64,000 nucleotides of DNA from NCBI GenBank assembly GCA_039801225.1, contig JBDRUH010000001.1, positions 1,767 through 65,766 on the forward strand, given 5' to 3'. The DNA comes from a candidate division WOR-3 bacterium. Lineage in GTDB: Bacteria; Hydrothermota; Tepidihabitantia; Tepidihabitantales; Tepidihabitantaceae. Below are positions 1 to 9,871 of this stretch, piece after piece. Position 1 is the stretch's first letter. Each line of letters opens with the position of its first letter. The notes under the pieces were generated by a model. It did no database searches. It was not told the DNA's origin and was given only the letters and a program-made list of their open reading frames with translations. Position numbers and translations under genes: made by a program.

Positions 1-1290
1 GATATAGACAAAACTTTCGCACTTATGTTCAACCGCAGTTCTGGCGACAATGTGAGACCCAAACACATTTACCCGAATTGCCTCATCAGGATGATATTCA
101 AGGATAGGAACATGTTTATACGCCGCAGCGTGAAATACGATGTGGGGATGGGTGAGCTGAAAGGCTTTATTGACACTTTTCTCATCGGTTATATCACCCA
201 AGTAAGGAACTATTTTCAGTCGGGGATAGGACTTTCTCAGTTCATCTTCAATATAAAACAGATTAGAATCGTCTCTTTCAAAAAGGATAAGTTCTGCAAT
301 ATTAAAATTCGCCAGTTGCCGGCAAAGTTCCGAACCAATAGACCCCCCAGCCCCAGTGACCAAAATCCGCTTTCCGCCAAAGACCATTTCCATCTCCTCC
401 GGATTCACCACCACCGGTGGTCTGCCGGTCAACTCGTGGACCGCAATGGAGGCAAAGGATTCTTCCCCATTATTACCAGCCCCACCAAGAAGGTCGGTAA
501 AAGAGGGGATAATACGGGTTTGCACGCCTAAATCCAGTAACTTTTGGTAAAGTTTACTAACCGGATATCTTGGGTTTGAACTCAAGAAAATAAAAGCCGC
601 CTCAACCTTATTCTTAGGAACAATCTCCTCAATCTCATCAAAAGTCCCCAACACTTTCAAACCACCAACTACGGCACCTTTATTGCAAGGTTCAGGGTCA
701 ACAAACCCTATTATCCTATAGGGAAAGGGATTAATTCGGTGCAAAACATCAAGGAGGAAGTAACCCTTCTCAGAAGAAACCACCAGAACTGCCCGCTTGC
801 CTAACTTCCGGCGGATTACCTCCTGATAAAAGCGCTTACCCATCCGGACGGCAATGACACCACTGATGTTTAATAATCCCCAGGTCAGGGCTGACCAGGG
901 AGAAAGGGTGGCAAATAGCCCGGTTGCGGATAGACCTCCTATTACTATCGTGGTCAATATCGCAGGAAATGCTACTCGGGGAACATCCTGAAGGGAGAAA
1001 GTTGACCATTTTAACTGGTAGTTGGAAAGGATAAAGCCCAAAGCGATTTGGAAGCCAAGGGCTAAAATAGCATAAGGGAACACCTTAGTTAATAAATATC
1101 CTAATTTTATTGTGAGATGATGGGTTGCTACCATATATGTTACCGCACTGGCACCAAGCACAACCACCGCATCGCCAAAGAGATAAAATAATGTCCGCTT
1201 CCACTGCGTTGGCGCAATAAACCGCTGGATTGGGGTTGAATCTTCCCTGACCCCGAGTTGGTGTCGGGTAGAGTTAACATCTTCACTCAT
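1..1290 (-). CDS. Polysaccharide biosynthesis protein, CapD/PglF/WbpM-like membrane-bound NDP-sugar 4,6-dehydratase/epimerase (N-terminal ~430 aa; 3' end lies beyond the window start)
   Basis: Own reverse-strand translation from the ATG at 1288-1290: MSEDVNSTRHQLGV..., four predicted N-terminal TM helices, then the Rossmann motif RILVTGAGGSIGSELCRQL and FHAAAYKHVPILEYHPDEAI typical of the CapD/WbpM family. Missing from the ORF track because it runs off the window. The + strand ORFs 25..531 and 356..550 are antisense artefacts. Confidence 0.8.
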   Translation of the reverse strand, partial: MSEDVNSTRHQLGVREDSTPIQRFIAPTQWKRTLFYLFGDAVVVLGASAVTYMVATHHLTIKLGYLLTKVFPYAILALGFQIALGFILSNYQLKWSTFSLQDVPRVAFPAILTTIVIGGLSATGLFATLSPWSALTWGLLNISGVIAVRMGKRFYQEVIRRKLGKRAVLVVSSEKGYFLLDVLHRINPFPYRIIGFVDPEPCNKGAVVGGLKVLGTFDEIEEIVPKNKVEAAFIFLSSNPRYPVSKLYQKLLDLGVQTRIIPSFTDLLGGAGNNGEESFASIAVHELTGRPPVVVNPEEMEMVFGGKRILVTGAGGSIGSELCRQLANFNIAELILFERDDSNLFYIEDELRKSYPRLKIVPYLGDITDEKSVNKAFQLTHPHIVFHAAAYKHVPILEYHPDEAIRVNVFGSHIVARTAVEHKCESFVYI

Positions 1291-1542
1291 AGATAAAAAT
1301 TACTAATTTTATTCCCTGCTGTCAAGTTTTAACTTATTTTTACGCCAAGACATCGTTATTAGAGAATGGCGAGGGTAGTATTGGAGCATTGGTTGAAAAA
1401 GCCGGTAACCACACTCAGACCAAAATCCCCAAAATTTATATCTTAACTTTTTCCGACGGAGGGGGGAACCTGATGCTGTTGACAACGAAAAATATCGTTT
1501 TACTATAACGACAAATGAATAAAAAAGCGAATAGGAGGTTTT

Positions 1543-2025
1543 ATGGAGTTAAAAACCGTAACAATTGAAAAACCAAAAGAGGCAAACATAATTCTCGGTC
1601 AGTCACACTTCATCAAAACGATTGAGGATATCCATGAACTATTAATTACCTCGGTTCCCGGCATAAAATTCGGTCTTGCCTTCTGTGAATCGTCCGGTCC
1701 CTGCCTTGTTCGCCACTCAGGCACCGACTCAGAACTTGAGCATCTCGCTATCAAAAATGCGCTTAATATTGGGGCAGGACACTCATTTATTATCATCCTT
1801 GGCAACGCCTATCCGATAAATATCTTAAACGGGCTCAAACAGATTCAGGAGGTCTGCTCAATCTATTGCGCCACCGCCAATCCGGTCAAGGTGGTAATTG
1901 CTGAAGATGAGACGGGCAGGGGAATTTTGGGTGTGATTGACGGCGAAAAGCCCAAAGGGGTTGAAGCCGAAACCGAAATAAAAGAGCGAAAGGAATTCCT
2001 AAGAAGAATAGGGTATAAAACCTAA
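1543..2025 (+). CDS. Adenosine-specific kinase family protein (PF04008/DUF355-like), ~160 aa
   Basis: Strong RBS (aggagg) 8 nt upstream. Size and the motifs GQSHFIKTIEDIHELL, CATANPVKV and RRIGYK resemble the PAE2307-type adenosine-specific kinase family. Family assignment is from memory. Confidence 0.5.
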   Translation: MELKTVTIEKPKEANIILGQSHFIKTIEDIHELLITSVPGIKFGLAFCESSGPCLVRHSGTDSELEHLAIKNALNIGAGHSFIIILGNAYPINILNGLKQIQEVCSIYCATANPVKVVIAEDETGRGILGVIDGEKPKGVEAETEIKERKEFLRRIGYKT

Positions 2026-2364
2026 CTGAGGATGTAGATATGTAACATCTCTTAGACGTATTGAGTTCATTTATCATGCATTGCCGCATTGCATTAAGAC
2101 AAATACTCCATTAATTTAGAGCCCGAAATTTGCCAAGATTAACACGGATTTTTTGCCCTGTTGCTCTAAGTGCAGATTTTGCAAAGAGTTGTAAAGTTAA
2201 AGACCTCTGAAGGGGGCATGCCCCGGGCTAGCCCCATAGCAACACCCTCTCTTGGGACTACTCTCGGTCAAGCCCGGATTTTCGGCTTTAAATTGATGGT
2301 TAACGAATGGTTTGTCTAAGCATTTTTTGACATTTCTATCGGTTTTCTTTACCCTTTTCCTGCT

Positions 2365-2928
2365 ATGAATGAGAGTTTTTTTCTCGCTCTGTGTTTGCAA
2401 AGGCGGTCGGTTAGAAGGTTCAGTGAACGTCCGGTAGAAAGGGAAAAGATTACTCGGTGTCTGGAAGCGGCAAGGCTGGCACCCTCTGCCGACAACGGTC
2501 AACCCTGGCGTTTTGTTGTCTTTGACGACCCGGAGAAGAAATCGGCATTAGCGGATGCGGTTTTTAAAGGGATTTTTGTCGCCTCAAAGAATTTTGCCAA
2601 AGCGCCGGTTTTGGTCGCCCTTTTACTCAAGGAGAGTCTTTTGATCAACCGGCTGGGTGGCGGTGCCGCCGGAGTACCATTCCAATTTGTTGACGCTGGC
2701 ATTGCCGGAGAACATTTTGTTCTTGCCGCTACTGAGCAGGGGTTGGGCACCTGCTGGATTGGCTGGTTTAACTCTAAGGCGCTGCTCAAGCATTTAGGTT
2801 TGACCCGGGGTTATCGGGCGGTTGCGCTGATTGCTTTAGGCTATCCCGCCGAAGAGTTGGCACCGAGGACACCAAGACGCAAGCGGTTAGAAAGCATCGC
2901 CTTTTTCAATACACCACCAAAAGAGTGA
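2365..2928 (+). CDS. Nitroreductase family protein
   Basis: RRSVRRFSERPVEREKITRCLEAARLAPSADNGQPWRFVVF is the canonical nitroreductase N-terminal motif. Confidence 0.85.
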   Translation: MNESFFLALCLQRRSVRRFSERPVEREKITRCLEAARLAPSADNGQPWRFVVFDDPEKKSALADAVFKGIFVASKNFAKAPVLVALLLKESLLINRLGGGAAGVPFQFVDAGIAGEHFVLAATEQGLGTCWIGWFNSKALLKHLGLTRGYRAVALIALGYPAEELAPRTPRRKRLESIAFFNTPPKE

Positions 2929-2953
2929 TTAAGGAATAAATGAAAGGAGAAAA

Positions 2954-3526
2954 ATGGTAAAGAAGACCGTTTTAGTCTTAGAAGGGAGTCCGCGAAAGGG
3001 CAATACAACAGTTGTAACCGACTGGGTGCTTGCCGGTCTGGGGAAAAAGGGGGTTGACATTAAACGGCTGAGGGTATGTGAGTTGCATATCAATGGCTGT
3101 CAGGAATGTTTTGGCTGTTTTGATTATAAAACCCGAGCCGGCTGTCAGCAGGATGATGATATGCTAGAGATATATCAACTTCTGGTGGACAGCGATTTGA
3201 CCATTTGGACAAGTCCGATTTTTTGCTGGGGTGTTACCAGCCAGTTGAAGGCGGTAGTGGACCGCTGCTTCGCCCTTTTGAATGGTGAGAATCTTTTGAA
3301 AGGACAGAAGTGGGCGGTTATTCTTACCGCCGGTGGCGACCATTTTGATGGTGCTGATTTAGCGGTGGAGATGTTCCGAAGACTATCAGAGTTTGGCAAG
3401 ATGAAATATCTCGGTCAACTGGTCATCCCCAACTGTCCTGAGCCAAAACTCCTTAAAAGAAACCGGCAGGTTTTTCTGGAGGCGAAGCGGTTTGGCAAAG
3501 AACTGCGCCAGGAGATTTTCACTTAA
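2954..3526 (+). CDS. Flavodoxin-like NAD(P)H-dependent FMN reductase family protein
   Basis: LVLEGSPRKGNTT, then a Cys cluster (CQECFGCFDYKTRAGC) and DMLEIY/TSPIFCWGV match the FMN_red (PF03358)-type flavoproteins. RBS aaaggag upstream. Confidence 0.75.
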   Translation: MVKKTVLVLEGSPRKGNTTVVTDWVLAGLGKKGVDIKRLRVCELHINGCQECFGCFDYKTRAGCQQDDDMLEIYQLLVDSDLTIWTSPIFCWGVTSQLKAVVDRCFALLNGENLLKGQKWAVILTAGGDHFDGADLAVEMFRRLSEFGKMKYLGQLVIPNCPEPKLLKRNRQVFLEAKRFGKELRQEIFT

Positions 3527-3542
3527 TAGATGCACCTTGCCG

Positions 3543-5783
3543 GTGCGACAAGCATTAATCTCTGTTTTACTTTTTCTTATCCTTGGCGTCGCATCTGCCC
3601 CAGTTTTAACCGGGGCACTCAACGGGTTTATCCGCGACGCCAGTAGTGGCGAGCCGTTGGGTTATGCCACAGTTGAACTTAAAGGCACCGGTTTAGGCAC
3701 CGTCACCAATAACAAAGGCTATTTCTATTTGGGTGATATACCACCAGGCGATTATGAGGTTGAGGTCTCCTTCATCGGCTATGAGACCATCCAAAAGAAG
3801 ATAAAAGTTGCCGCGGAAAGGGTTCTAACTTTAAATCTGGAACTGAAGTTGGCACCGGTGGAGTTGGGTGAGGTGAAAGTTACCGCCGAAAGGGCGCGGT
3901 TTGAAAGGGAGGTGGAGGTCTCTACAAAAAGGCTTGACACCAGACAGATGGTGGTTGTCCCGCGGCTGGGTGGTGAAATTGACATTTTACGGACAGTGCA
4001 ACTTTTACCCGGTGTTATCACCGTCTCCGACTTTTCCAATAAACTTTACATCCGCGGTGGCTCACCAGATCAGAATCTAATTCTTTTGGATGGCATCACC
4101 GTTTACAACCCTTCTCATCTCTTTGGCGTTTTCTCGCCATTTGTGCCCGAGGCGGTCGCCGATGTTACACTCCTTGCCGGTGGTTTTGCGGCAAAGTATG
4201 GCTCCAGGCTCAGTTCCGTACTGGATGTAACCACCCGCGAAGGCAACTCAAAAAAGTATACCGGTGAAGGCTCAGTCTCAATGATTGCGGCAAAGGGAAT
4301 TGTTGAAGGTCCTTTGCCCAACGGCTCTTTTCTTTTTGCCGGCAGAAGAACCTATCTACCTGATGTCCTCCTTAAGGCGCTTGGTGCTCCGGGACTTGGT
4401 TATTACTTTTACGACCTAATGGCAAAGGCAAACTATCACCACCGCGACTACTCCCGGTTCACTTTTGCCGGAATCTGGAGTGAGGATGTGCTCTCCTTCT
4501 GGGACCCGGACCAACCCGAGGCTTTTAAAGCCAGAATGACCTGGGGCAACCGCGGTATCTCTTTAAGATGGCATACTATCTTCACACCGGTGGTTTATGG
4601 CGAACTCCTTGCCGCCTGGAGCAACTTTTTTTCCGGTTTCAATGTGAAGTTTGAGGAAAGCGGGGATGTGGTGATGAAAGGCGACCTCACCGGTTGGACA
4701 TTGAAGGGTGATTTCACCTATTATGCGAGCGACCGGCACACCATTGGGTTCGGATTTGAGACTCAGCCCAACCGGATGGGACTGAAGATTGAGTTTGACA
4801 CGGTTAGGTTTACCACCCAGGACACCCTGATTCCGATAGCAATTTATTGTGAGGATAAATGGGAAATCCGGCCCGGAAAGGTGTTTTTGAAACCCGGCTT
4901 GCGCCTCTCCTATTATTCCAATGGTAACCGGTTTGAACCGGAGCCGCGGTTGGGAGGAAAGTTTTTCATTAAGAAAAATACCGCCCTTAACCTTTCCTGG
5001 GGTCGTTTCACGCAACCACTTGTTACCCTCAATTCCACTGAGCCGGTTTTTGCCATCTATGATGAGTGGGTGCCGGTGCCGGAAAACCGACCCATACCGA
5101 GCGCTTATCACTACATCGCTGGCGTAGAACACTGGCTCACACCCGATTTAAATGTCCAGATAGAAGGTTATTACAAAGATTATAACCACCTTCTTGAGAC
5201 CCGTTATGGTGAGTATTTTACCCCTCCTGAATCACTCCTGAACGCCGAGGGCTTCTCCTATGGCGCCGAACTCCTTTTCCGGAAAAACTCAGGTAAAATT
5301 CAGGGCTGGTTTTCTTATTCGTTTATGTGGACTTGTCGACAGATAGGCACAGAGCGTTATCACCCCCATTATGACCGGCGCCATAACTGTAACCTTGTCC
5401 TGACCTTTCCCGCTCTTTTCTTAGGATTTGACCTCACCAGCCACTGGACGCTGGGCACCGGTCTGCCTTACGCCGGGGTAATCGGCTATTACCCGAAGGA
5501 GATAGAGCGCCCGGGTGGCGAACCGGCACAGGAGTGGAACTTTATCTATGGAAAAAGGGATGCCTTCCGCTATCCAGTTTATCACCGCCTTGACATCAGC
5601 CTGTTGAAAACCTGGCATCGGCGCTGGGGTGAGTTCACCCTTTTTCTTGATGTGATTAACCTCTATAACGCCAGGAATGTCCTTTTATACTACTGGGATG
5701 TCTCTTCCTCAGGACTACCGGAAAGGCACCAGATTAATATGATCCCCATATTGCCGACCTTAGGAATAAAGGCGAGGTTTTAG
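3543..5783 (+). CDS. TonB-dependent receptor-like outer membrane protein (N-terminal carboxypeptidase-regulatory-like domain plus Plug)
   Basis: The ORF track starts at ATG 3492, overlapping the upstream gene by 35 nt. In-frame GTG 3543 gives a signal peptide (RQALISVLLFLILGVASA). CarbopepD_reg-like SGEPLGYATVELKGTGLGTVTNNKGYFYLGDIPPGDYEVEVSFIGYE, Plug-like NLILLDGITVYNPSHLFGVFSPF, and a C-terminal aromatic residue (F). Start codon uncertain. Confidence 0.75.
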   Translation: MRQALISVLLFLILGVASAPVLTGALNGFIRDASSGEPLGYATVELKGTGLGTVTNNKGYFYLGDIPPGDYEVEVSFIGYETIQKKIKVAAERVLTLNLELKLAPVELGEVKVTAERARFEREVEVSTKRLDTRQMVVVPRLGGEIDILRTVQLLPGVITVSDFSNKLYIRGGSPDQNLILLDGITVYNPSHLFGVFSPFVPEAVADVTLLAGGFAAKYGSRLSSVLDVTTREGNSKKYTGEGSVSMIAAKGIVEGPLPNGSFLFAGRRTYLPDVLLKALGAPGLGYYFYDLMAKANYHHRDYSRFTFAGIWSEDVLSFWDPDQPEAFKARMTWGNRGISLRWHTIFTPVVYGELLAAWSNFFSGFNVKFEESGDVVMKGDLTGWTLKGDFTYYASDRHTIGFGFETQPNRMGLKIEFDTVRFTTQDTLIPIAIYCEDKWEIRPGKVFLKPGLRLSYYSNGNRFEPEPRLGGKFFIKKNTALNLSWGRFTQPLVTLNSTEPVFAIYDEWVPVPENRPIPSAYHYIAGVEHWLTPDLNVQIEGYYKDYNHLLETRYGEYFTPPESLLNAEGFSYGAELLFRKNSGKIQGWFSYSFMWTCRQIGTERYHPHYDRRHNCNLVLTFPALFLGFDLTSHWTLGTGLPYAGVIGYYPKEIERPGGEPAQEWNFIYGKRDAFRYPVYHRLDISLLKTWHRRWGEFTLFLDVINLYNARNVLLYYWDVSSSGLPERHQINMIPILPTLGIKARF

Positions 5784-6614
5784 ATGCCTCGGGCAATTTT
5801 GAGATTTACCATTATTTCCCTCTTCGTCACCGGCTGTGAGAAAACACCCGAGGGAGAGTTCATTCCGAAACTGGTTGTTCACTGCCTACTCCACACCGGA
5901 GAAAACCCGGTTCGGGCAAAGGTCAACCGTTCCTATAAAATTAACGAGCCTTTTGAATCCATTTTCTCCGGGGCAAATATAAGACTCTATTCCCACCTGA
6001 GTGAATGGCGGTTTGAGTATGTCGCGGCCGACTCCTATCGGACATCGGTGCCGGTTTTGGTTGAAGAAGGAGATACCTGGTTTATTCAAGTGGCACGGGA
6101 AGGTTTTGACACTGTTGAAGGAAGAACGGTTGTCCCTTGCGACTTCAAGATCCTTTTTCCCAACCCGGGTGACACCGTTTCAATTGAAGACTCTATGGTC
6201 TGGACAAGAAGCCCGAACTGCCAGGGCTATTTCCTCTCTTTTCGCCATATTGAGAGTTTAGATACCTTTTACTGGGACATAGTTTATCCTAACGACTCTT
6301 TCGCCTCCAATTATGACCCGGCGCGGGTCAATATCCCAAAGATGTTCTTTCTGCTAATTGTCGCGCCGCCGCCCGACTCACCACCTAAACCCTGCACCTT
6401 ACGCGTCTGGGCGCTGGATAGCAACTACTACCAGTGGGTGGCAGCCGGTGGTTTGGTCGCCGGTGGTGAGTTGGTAAGGGAAACAACCCGTCTCTTTGGT
6501 GGCTTGGGGGTGTTTGGGTCGGCGGTGGAGCGTTCGGTACCGGTGTTTGTCCGCTCTGCTACCGGTCCAGCCCAATTGAAGACCACCCCATTTTATCTTG
6601 ACATTAATCAATAA
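5784..6614 (+). CDS. Lipoprotein, DUF4249-like
   Basis: Lipobox LFVTGC after a signal peptide. Sits immediately after a TonB-dependent receptor gene (ATG one nt after its stop), the usual position of DUF4249 in Bacteroidota-like genomes. Family assignment is from memory. Confidence 0.55.
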   Translation: MPRAILRFTIISLFVTGCEKTPEGEFIPKLVVHCLLHTGENPVRAKVNRSYKINEPFESIFSGANIRLYSHLSEWRFEYVAADSYRTSVPVLVEEGDTWFIQVAREGFDTVEGRTVVPCDFKILFPNPGDTVSIEDSMVWTRSPNCQGYFLSFRHIESLDTFYWDIVYPNDSFASNYDPARVNIPKMFFLLIVAPPPDSPPKPCTLRVWALDSNYYQWVAAGGLVAGGELVRETTRLFGGLGVFGSAVERSVPVFVRSATGPAQLKTTPFYLDINQ

Positions 6615-6635
6615 CCGGTTATTATAATTTTAATT

Positions 6636-7664
6636 ATGGCAAAGAAATATACCGCTATTGAAACCTGGATTGTTCAGGAGGTAAAGCCGGTTGAGTCAAA
6701 TAGTGCCGAGCAAACCTACGAACGGTTGGAAAAGACCCCAGGTAATCTCCCCGTGATTGACCTCCCTCAGAACTTAAACGATGAGGCTCACTTCATTGAA
6801 GAGGCACAAATTGGGGACTTTGCCCTTCGCCTCGCCGGTGCCCAAAAAGTTCTTGATGTCGGCTGCGGTGACGGTTGGCCTTTATTGCGGTTAGCACCTT
6901 TATTTGACTCGGTTACTGGAATTGATGCCTCATCCCGCCGGGTGGCGAGAGCAACAGCCAATGCCGAACGCTTACAATTGAAAAATGTCACTATCAAACA
7001 GATGTCAATGACGGAGATGAATTTTCCGGACAACTCATTTGATGGAGTTGTTGCCGCCTCCGCAGTTGAACAGACCCCGGACCCTTATCAGGCGCTCCGG
7101 GAGATATTCCGGGTTCTGAAACCAGGAGGTAAGTTCCAAATTTATTTTGAAGCCTATGATGGAGAGGAAAAGGGGGTTAGCGAAAGGGTATTTATTACGG
7201 AAAATGAAGACTGCTACGGCTATCACTATGTCCTGAAACACCAGATGCCACCCTGGGAAAGAAATTATCTGGTGAAGTTCTCCCCTACCCCGGAGATGCA
7301 GGAGGAGTTCCGCCGACTGAGCAATCTGATTGAAAGACTTGGTTCGGTTCCGGCACAAGCCCCAGAAATCGGTTTGGAGTTTTTAGAAAGAAATCAAAAG
7401 TATATTATCGGTGGTAGTTGGTATGAACTGGAACATTTTACCACCAAGGCGATGAAAGAAACCTTGGAGGAGATCGGGTTTAGCGAAGTGCGCATCAGTT
7501 ATTCTGCCGCTACATTTGCCCGCCATTTCTTTAAAGAGATTAACCCTGCTGGTCTTACCGAAACCCAACTGAAAACCATCGTTATAGCACTGGCTAACCT
7601 CGCAGTGGGAATTGACGCACCCGCAGGACAAGGGGAACCGATTATAACTATCAAACCAAAGTAA
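6636..7664 (+). CDS. Class I SAM-dependent methyltransferase with a ~150-aa C-terminal extension
   Basis: Motif I VLDVGCGDGWPLL, motif post-I, LKPGGKF. Substrate unknown. Confidence 0.8.
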   Translation: MAKKYTAIETWIVQEVKPVESNSAEQTYERLEKTPGNLPVIDLPQNLNDEAHFIEEAQIGDFALRLAGAQKVLDVGCGDGWPLLRLAPLFDSVTGIDASSRRVARATANAERLQLKNVTIKQMSMTEMNFPDNSFDGVVAASAVEQTPDPYQALREIFRVLKPGGKFQIYFEAYDGEEKGVSERVFITENEDCYGYHYVLKHQMPPWERNYLVKFSPTPEMQEEFRRLSNLIERLGSVPAQAPEIGLEFLERNQKYIIGGSWYELEHFTTKAMKETLEEIGFSEVRISYSAATFARHFFKEINPAGLTETQLKTIVIALANLAVGIDAPAGQGEPIITIKPK

Positions 7665-7668
7665 TCCG

Positions 7669-8934
7669 ATGCTCCAGCCATCAACCGACAGCCGTCAGCC
7701 GATAGCGGTTTTGTTTTTGAGCCTCTGCCTCATTTTACTTGCCGGTTGCCATAAGGAAAAGCCAGGCGCCCCTTTAGGCAGTATATTCGCCCAGTTGAAA
7801 AAGCCTGAAGTATGGAAAGTCCCGAATATGAGTCAGGCGCAACTCATCGGGTTGAAACCAGGTGATGTCATCCTCACTTATGATGAAGAGGTAATAACCA
7901 CGATTGCCGACCTTTACCGGGCAGAGTCTTTAGTCAAAGGGAAAACCGGCAATGTCCAAATAACCATCTTCCGCAATGGAAAAGAACTTACCGTTGAGGC
8001 AAAACCGGAATTTTTAGGGTTTGCGCCAATTGCCTGGGCATATTCTGGCAGTCTGGCAAAGGCACTTGAGGACATTATGAACCACTTCGCCCAGCCCGGA
8101 TACTATGACTGGCTTAACGCCCTTACCGGCGAGGCATTCTCCTGCGCCATCCGGGAGGGCGACTGGAGTTCCTGGGGTGTTGATAGCCGCCGGGACGACA
8201 ATTTTGAAGAAATCGCCCGATTGACCGGTCTCTCCTTTACTCTCTTCTGGCGTGCCGACTCTTCTACTCCCTCACCAATTCCCCTCATAATTGAGGCGCT
8301 CAACAATAAACGGGTGCTTTTGGTGCGCGGCGGTTGGTCATATCCCAACCAACACCACTGGGGAATCATTACTCGTTACGAACCTGCCGATTCAACAGTT
8401 TATGGCTACACGATTGAGAATGGCGAAGAACAGCCTTTGAGCGGGCAGGTCTTGAGCCTTTATGAAGTAAAATGTCAAAAGAAGTTTTCCCCTGACCCCA
8501 CCGACTTTCTAATAACCGTTTTAGACCAGGCGTTAGAACTTGGTCTTGCCTCCAGTGATACTGGCTGGCATTCCGGACTTGAGGCTTATGATATCTTGGT
8601 GAAAGACCTTTCCCGATTGCCAATTACCTCAGAAGGAACAGAACTGGCGACCCAATTTTTTTATCGCCTAATCTGGCGATTGATCGCCCAGAAGGAGAGC
8701 GCCATCCGCTTTTTTGAAGATATGAAAAACGCCTTTCCAGAAAAAGCGGCTCTTTTTGATGAGGTTGTCGGGCGCCAGCGGGCGATACTGGGTAGATTGG
8801 AAGGGTGCGCGGCAACACACCTGCCGCTCAATAGCAAAGAAAATCAAGAGAAATTAACCCGGGTCTTGATAGAAATTCAGGAACTGGAGAACGACCTCTT
8901 AGGTATTTACGAAGAGATTATCGGCGAAATGTAA
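7669..8934 (+). CDS. Hypothetical lipoprotein (possible PDZ-like N-terminal segment)
   Basis: Signal peptide plus lipobox LLAGC. Only 4 nt after the methyltransferase gene, so probably co-transcribed. No confident family. Confidence 0.55.
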   Translation: MLQPSTDSRQPIAVLFLSLCLILLAGCHKEKPGAPLGSIFAQLKKPEVWKVPNMSQAQLIGLKPGDVILTYDEEVITTIADLYRAESLVKGKTGNVQITIFRNGKELTVEAKPEFLGFAPIAWAYSGSLAKALEDIMNHFAQPGYYDWLNALTGEAFSCAIREGDWSSWGVDSRRDDNFEEIARLTGLSFTLFWRADSSTPSPIPLIIEALNNKRVLLVRGGWSYPNQHHWGIITRYEPADSTVYGYTIENGEEQPLSGQVLSLYEVKCQKKFSPDPTDFLITVLDQALELGLASSDTGWHSGLEAYDILVKDLSRLPITSEGTELATQFFYRLIWRLIAQKESAIRFFEDMKNAFPEKAALFDEVVGRQRAILGRLEGCAATHLPLNSKENQEKLTRVLIEIQELENDLLGIYEEIIGEM

Positions 8935-8936
8935 AG

Positions 8937-9728
8937 TCACCAGCGCTTGCCTACCGAATGAACCTGCCAATTTCCCTTATCCTTTTTTAAATAAACCTCC
9001 ATCCCTCTCGGTCTCTTGATAATTTTTCTCCCGAAATAGTAGGGCGAAGGTTTTAAGTCTATAGTAACCAGCGCTACATCACCAAAATTTTTTACTAACC
9101 CAAACTCACAGAATACCGGCATTCGGGTAAGGAACTTATCTTGAATAATATCCTCCTTTGCCCGCCAGACAACCTGCCTCCCTGCTAAAACCTCAAAAGA
9201 ATCATTAATGTAACCGGTCTTCACTACTGCAATTGTATCTAATTTAATCTTACCCAATTTAATATGCTTCAGCCCTTCAGGAGAAATAAAAAACTCCAAT
9301 GACCTTTTAACAATTATCCGCAACTCTGTAGTATCTTTCATTCCGTATTGAAATGACTGGTCAAGGATTTGAGAAATCCAGGCTAACTCCCAACCCGAGT
9401 CGGTATAAATCCAGTTGTGATAAAGATACTCATAATCACTCGCCCCTTGAAAAAAAACATAGGTTGAGGCGTGTCCACCTAACCCGCGGGTATCAATCGC
9501 CTTATTCTGTAACCTCATAATCCGGCGACCCGCCTGCCAGGCTTTAAATGCCGAATCAAACCGAGAGTAGTCTATCTCCTGGCGAAAAGAAGTCACAAAT
9601 AAACGATAAATCCCCCGACTCTCGCCGTTCATCAGCGCCTCGCCAAACTGTTGAACCTTCAGGTTAAATTGATATTGGGGCTTTGGAGTAACACTAAAAA
9701 GTGTCAGAAAAAATATAATAAAATTCAT
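8937..9728 (-). CDS. Hypothetical secreted protein
   Basis: N-terminal signal-like MNFIIFFLTLFSV. Convergent with the upstream + strand cluster. No recognisable family. Confidence 0.5.
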   Translation of the reverse strand: MNFIIFFLTLFSVTPKPQYQFNLKVQQFGEALMNGESRGIYRLFVTSFRQEIDYSRFDSAFKAWQAGRRIMRLQNKAIDTRGLGGHASTYVFFQGASDYEYLYHNWIYTDSGWELAWISQILDQSFQYGMKDTTELRIIVKRSLEFFISPEGLKHIKLGKIKLDTIAVVKTGYINDSFEVLAGRQVVWRAKEDIIQDKFLTRMPVFCEFGLVKNFGDVALVTIDLKPSPYYFGRKIIKRPRGMEVYLKKDKGNWQVHSVGKRW

Positions 9729-9740
9729 AAAAGTTTAAAG

Positions 9741-9816
9741 CGGGCCCGACCAGATTTGAACTGGCGATCTTCGCCGTGACAGGGCGACGTGTTAAACCAG
9801 GCTACACTACGGGCCC
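9741..9816 (-). tRNA. tRNA-Asp (anticodon GUC)
   Basis: Manual cloverleaf: GGGCCCG/CGGGCCC acceptor, D-stem GTGT/ACAC, anticodon stem TCGCC/GGCGA with loop CTGTCAC, T-arm GCCAG-TTCAAAT-CTGGT, discriminator G, 76 nt. CCA not encoded. Confidence 0.85.
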
Positions 9817-9871
9817 AATTAGTAAATCATATATCTCTTTTGGTATTTGTCAATGAAAAGCGGCTGCCGTC

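Noticed and set aside
25-550. Plus-strand ORFs 25..531 and 356..550
   Set aside because: They are antisense to a well-supported CapD/PglF-like gene on the minus strand (clear Rossmann motif and TM helices) and have no recognisable features of their own.
4563-5132. 189-aa antisense ORF inside the TonB-dependent receptor gene (and similar long antisense ORFs at 49625..50326 in mutS2 and 61399..61932 in the transposase)
   Set aside because: Embedded antisense within strongly supported genes, with low-complexity translations.
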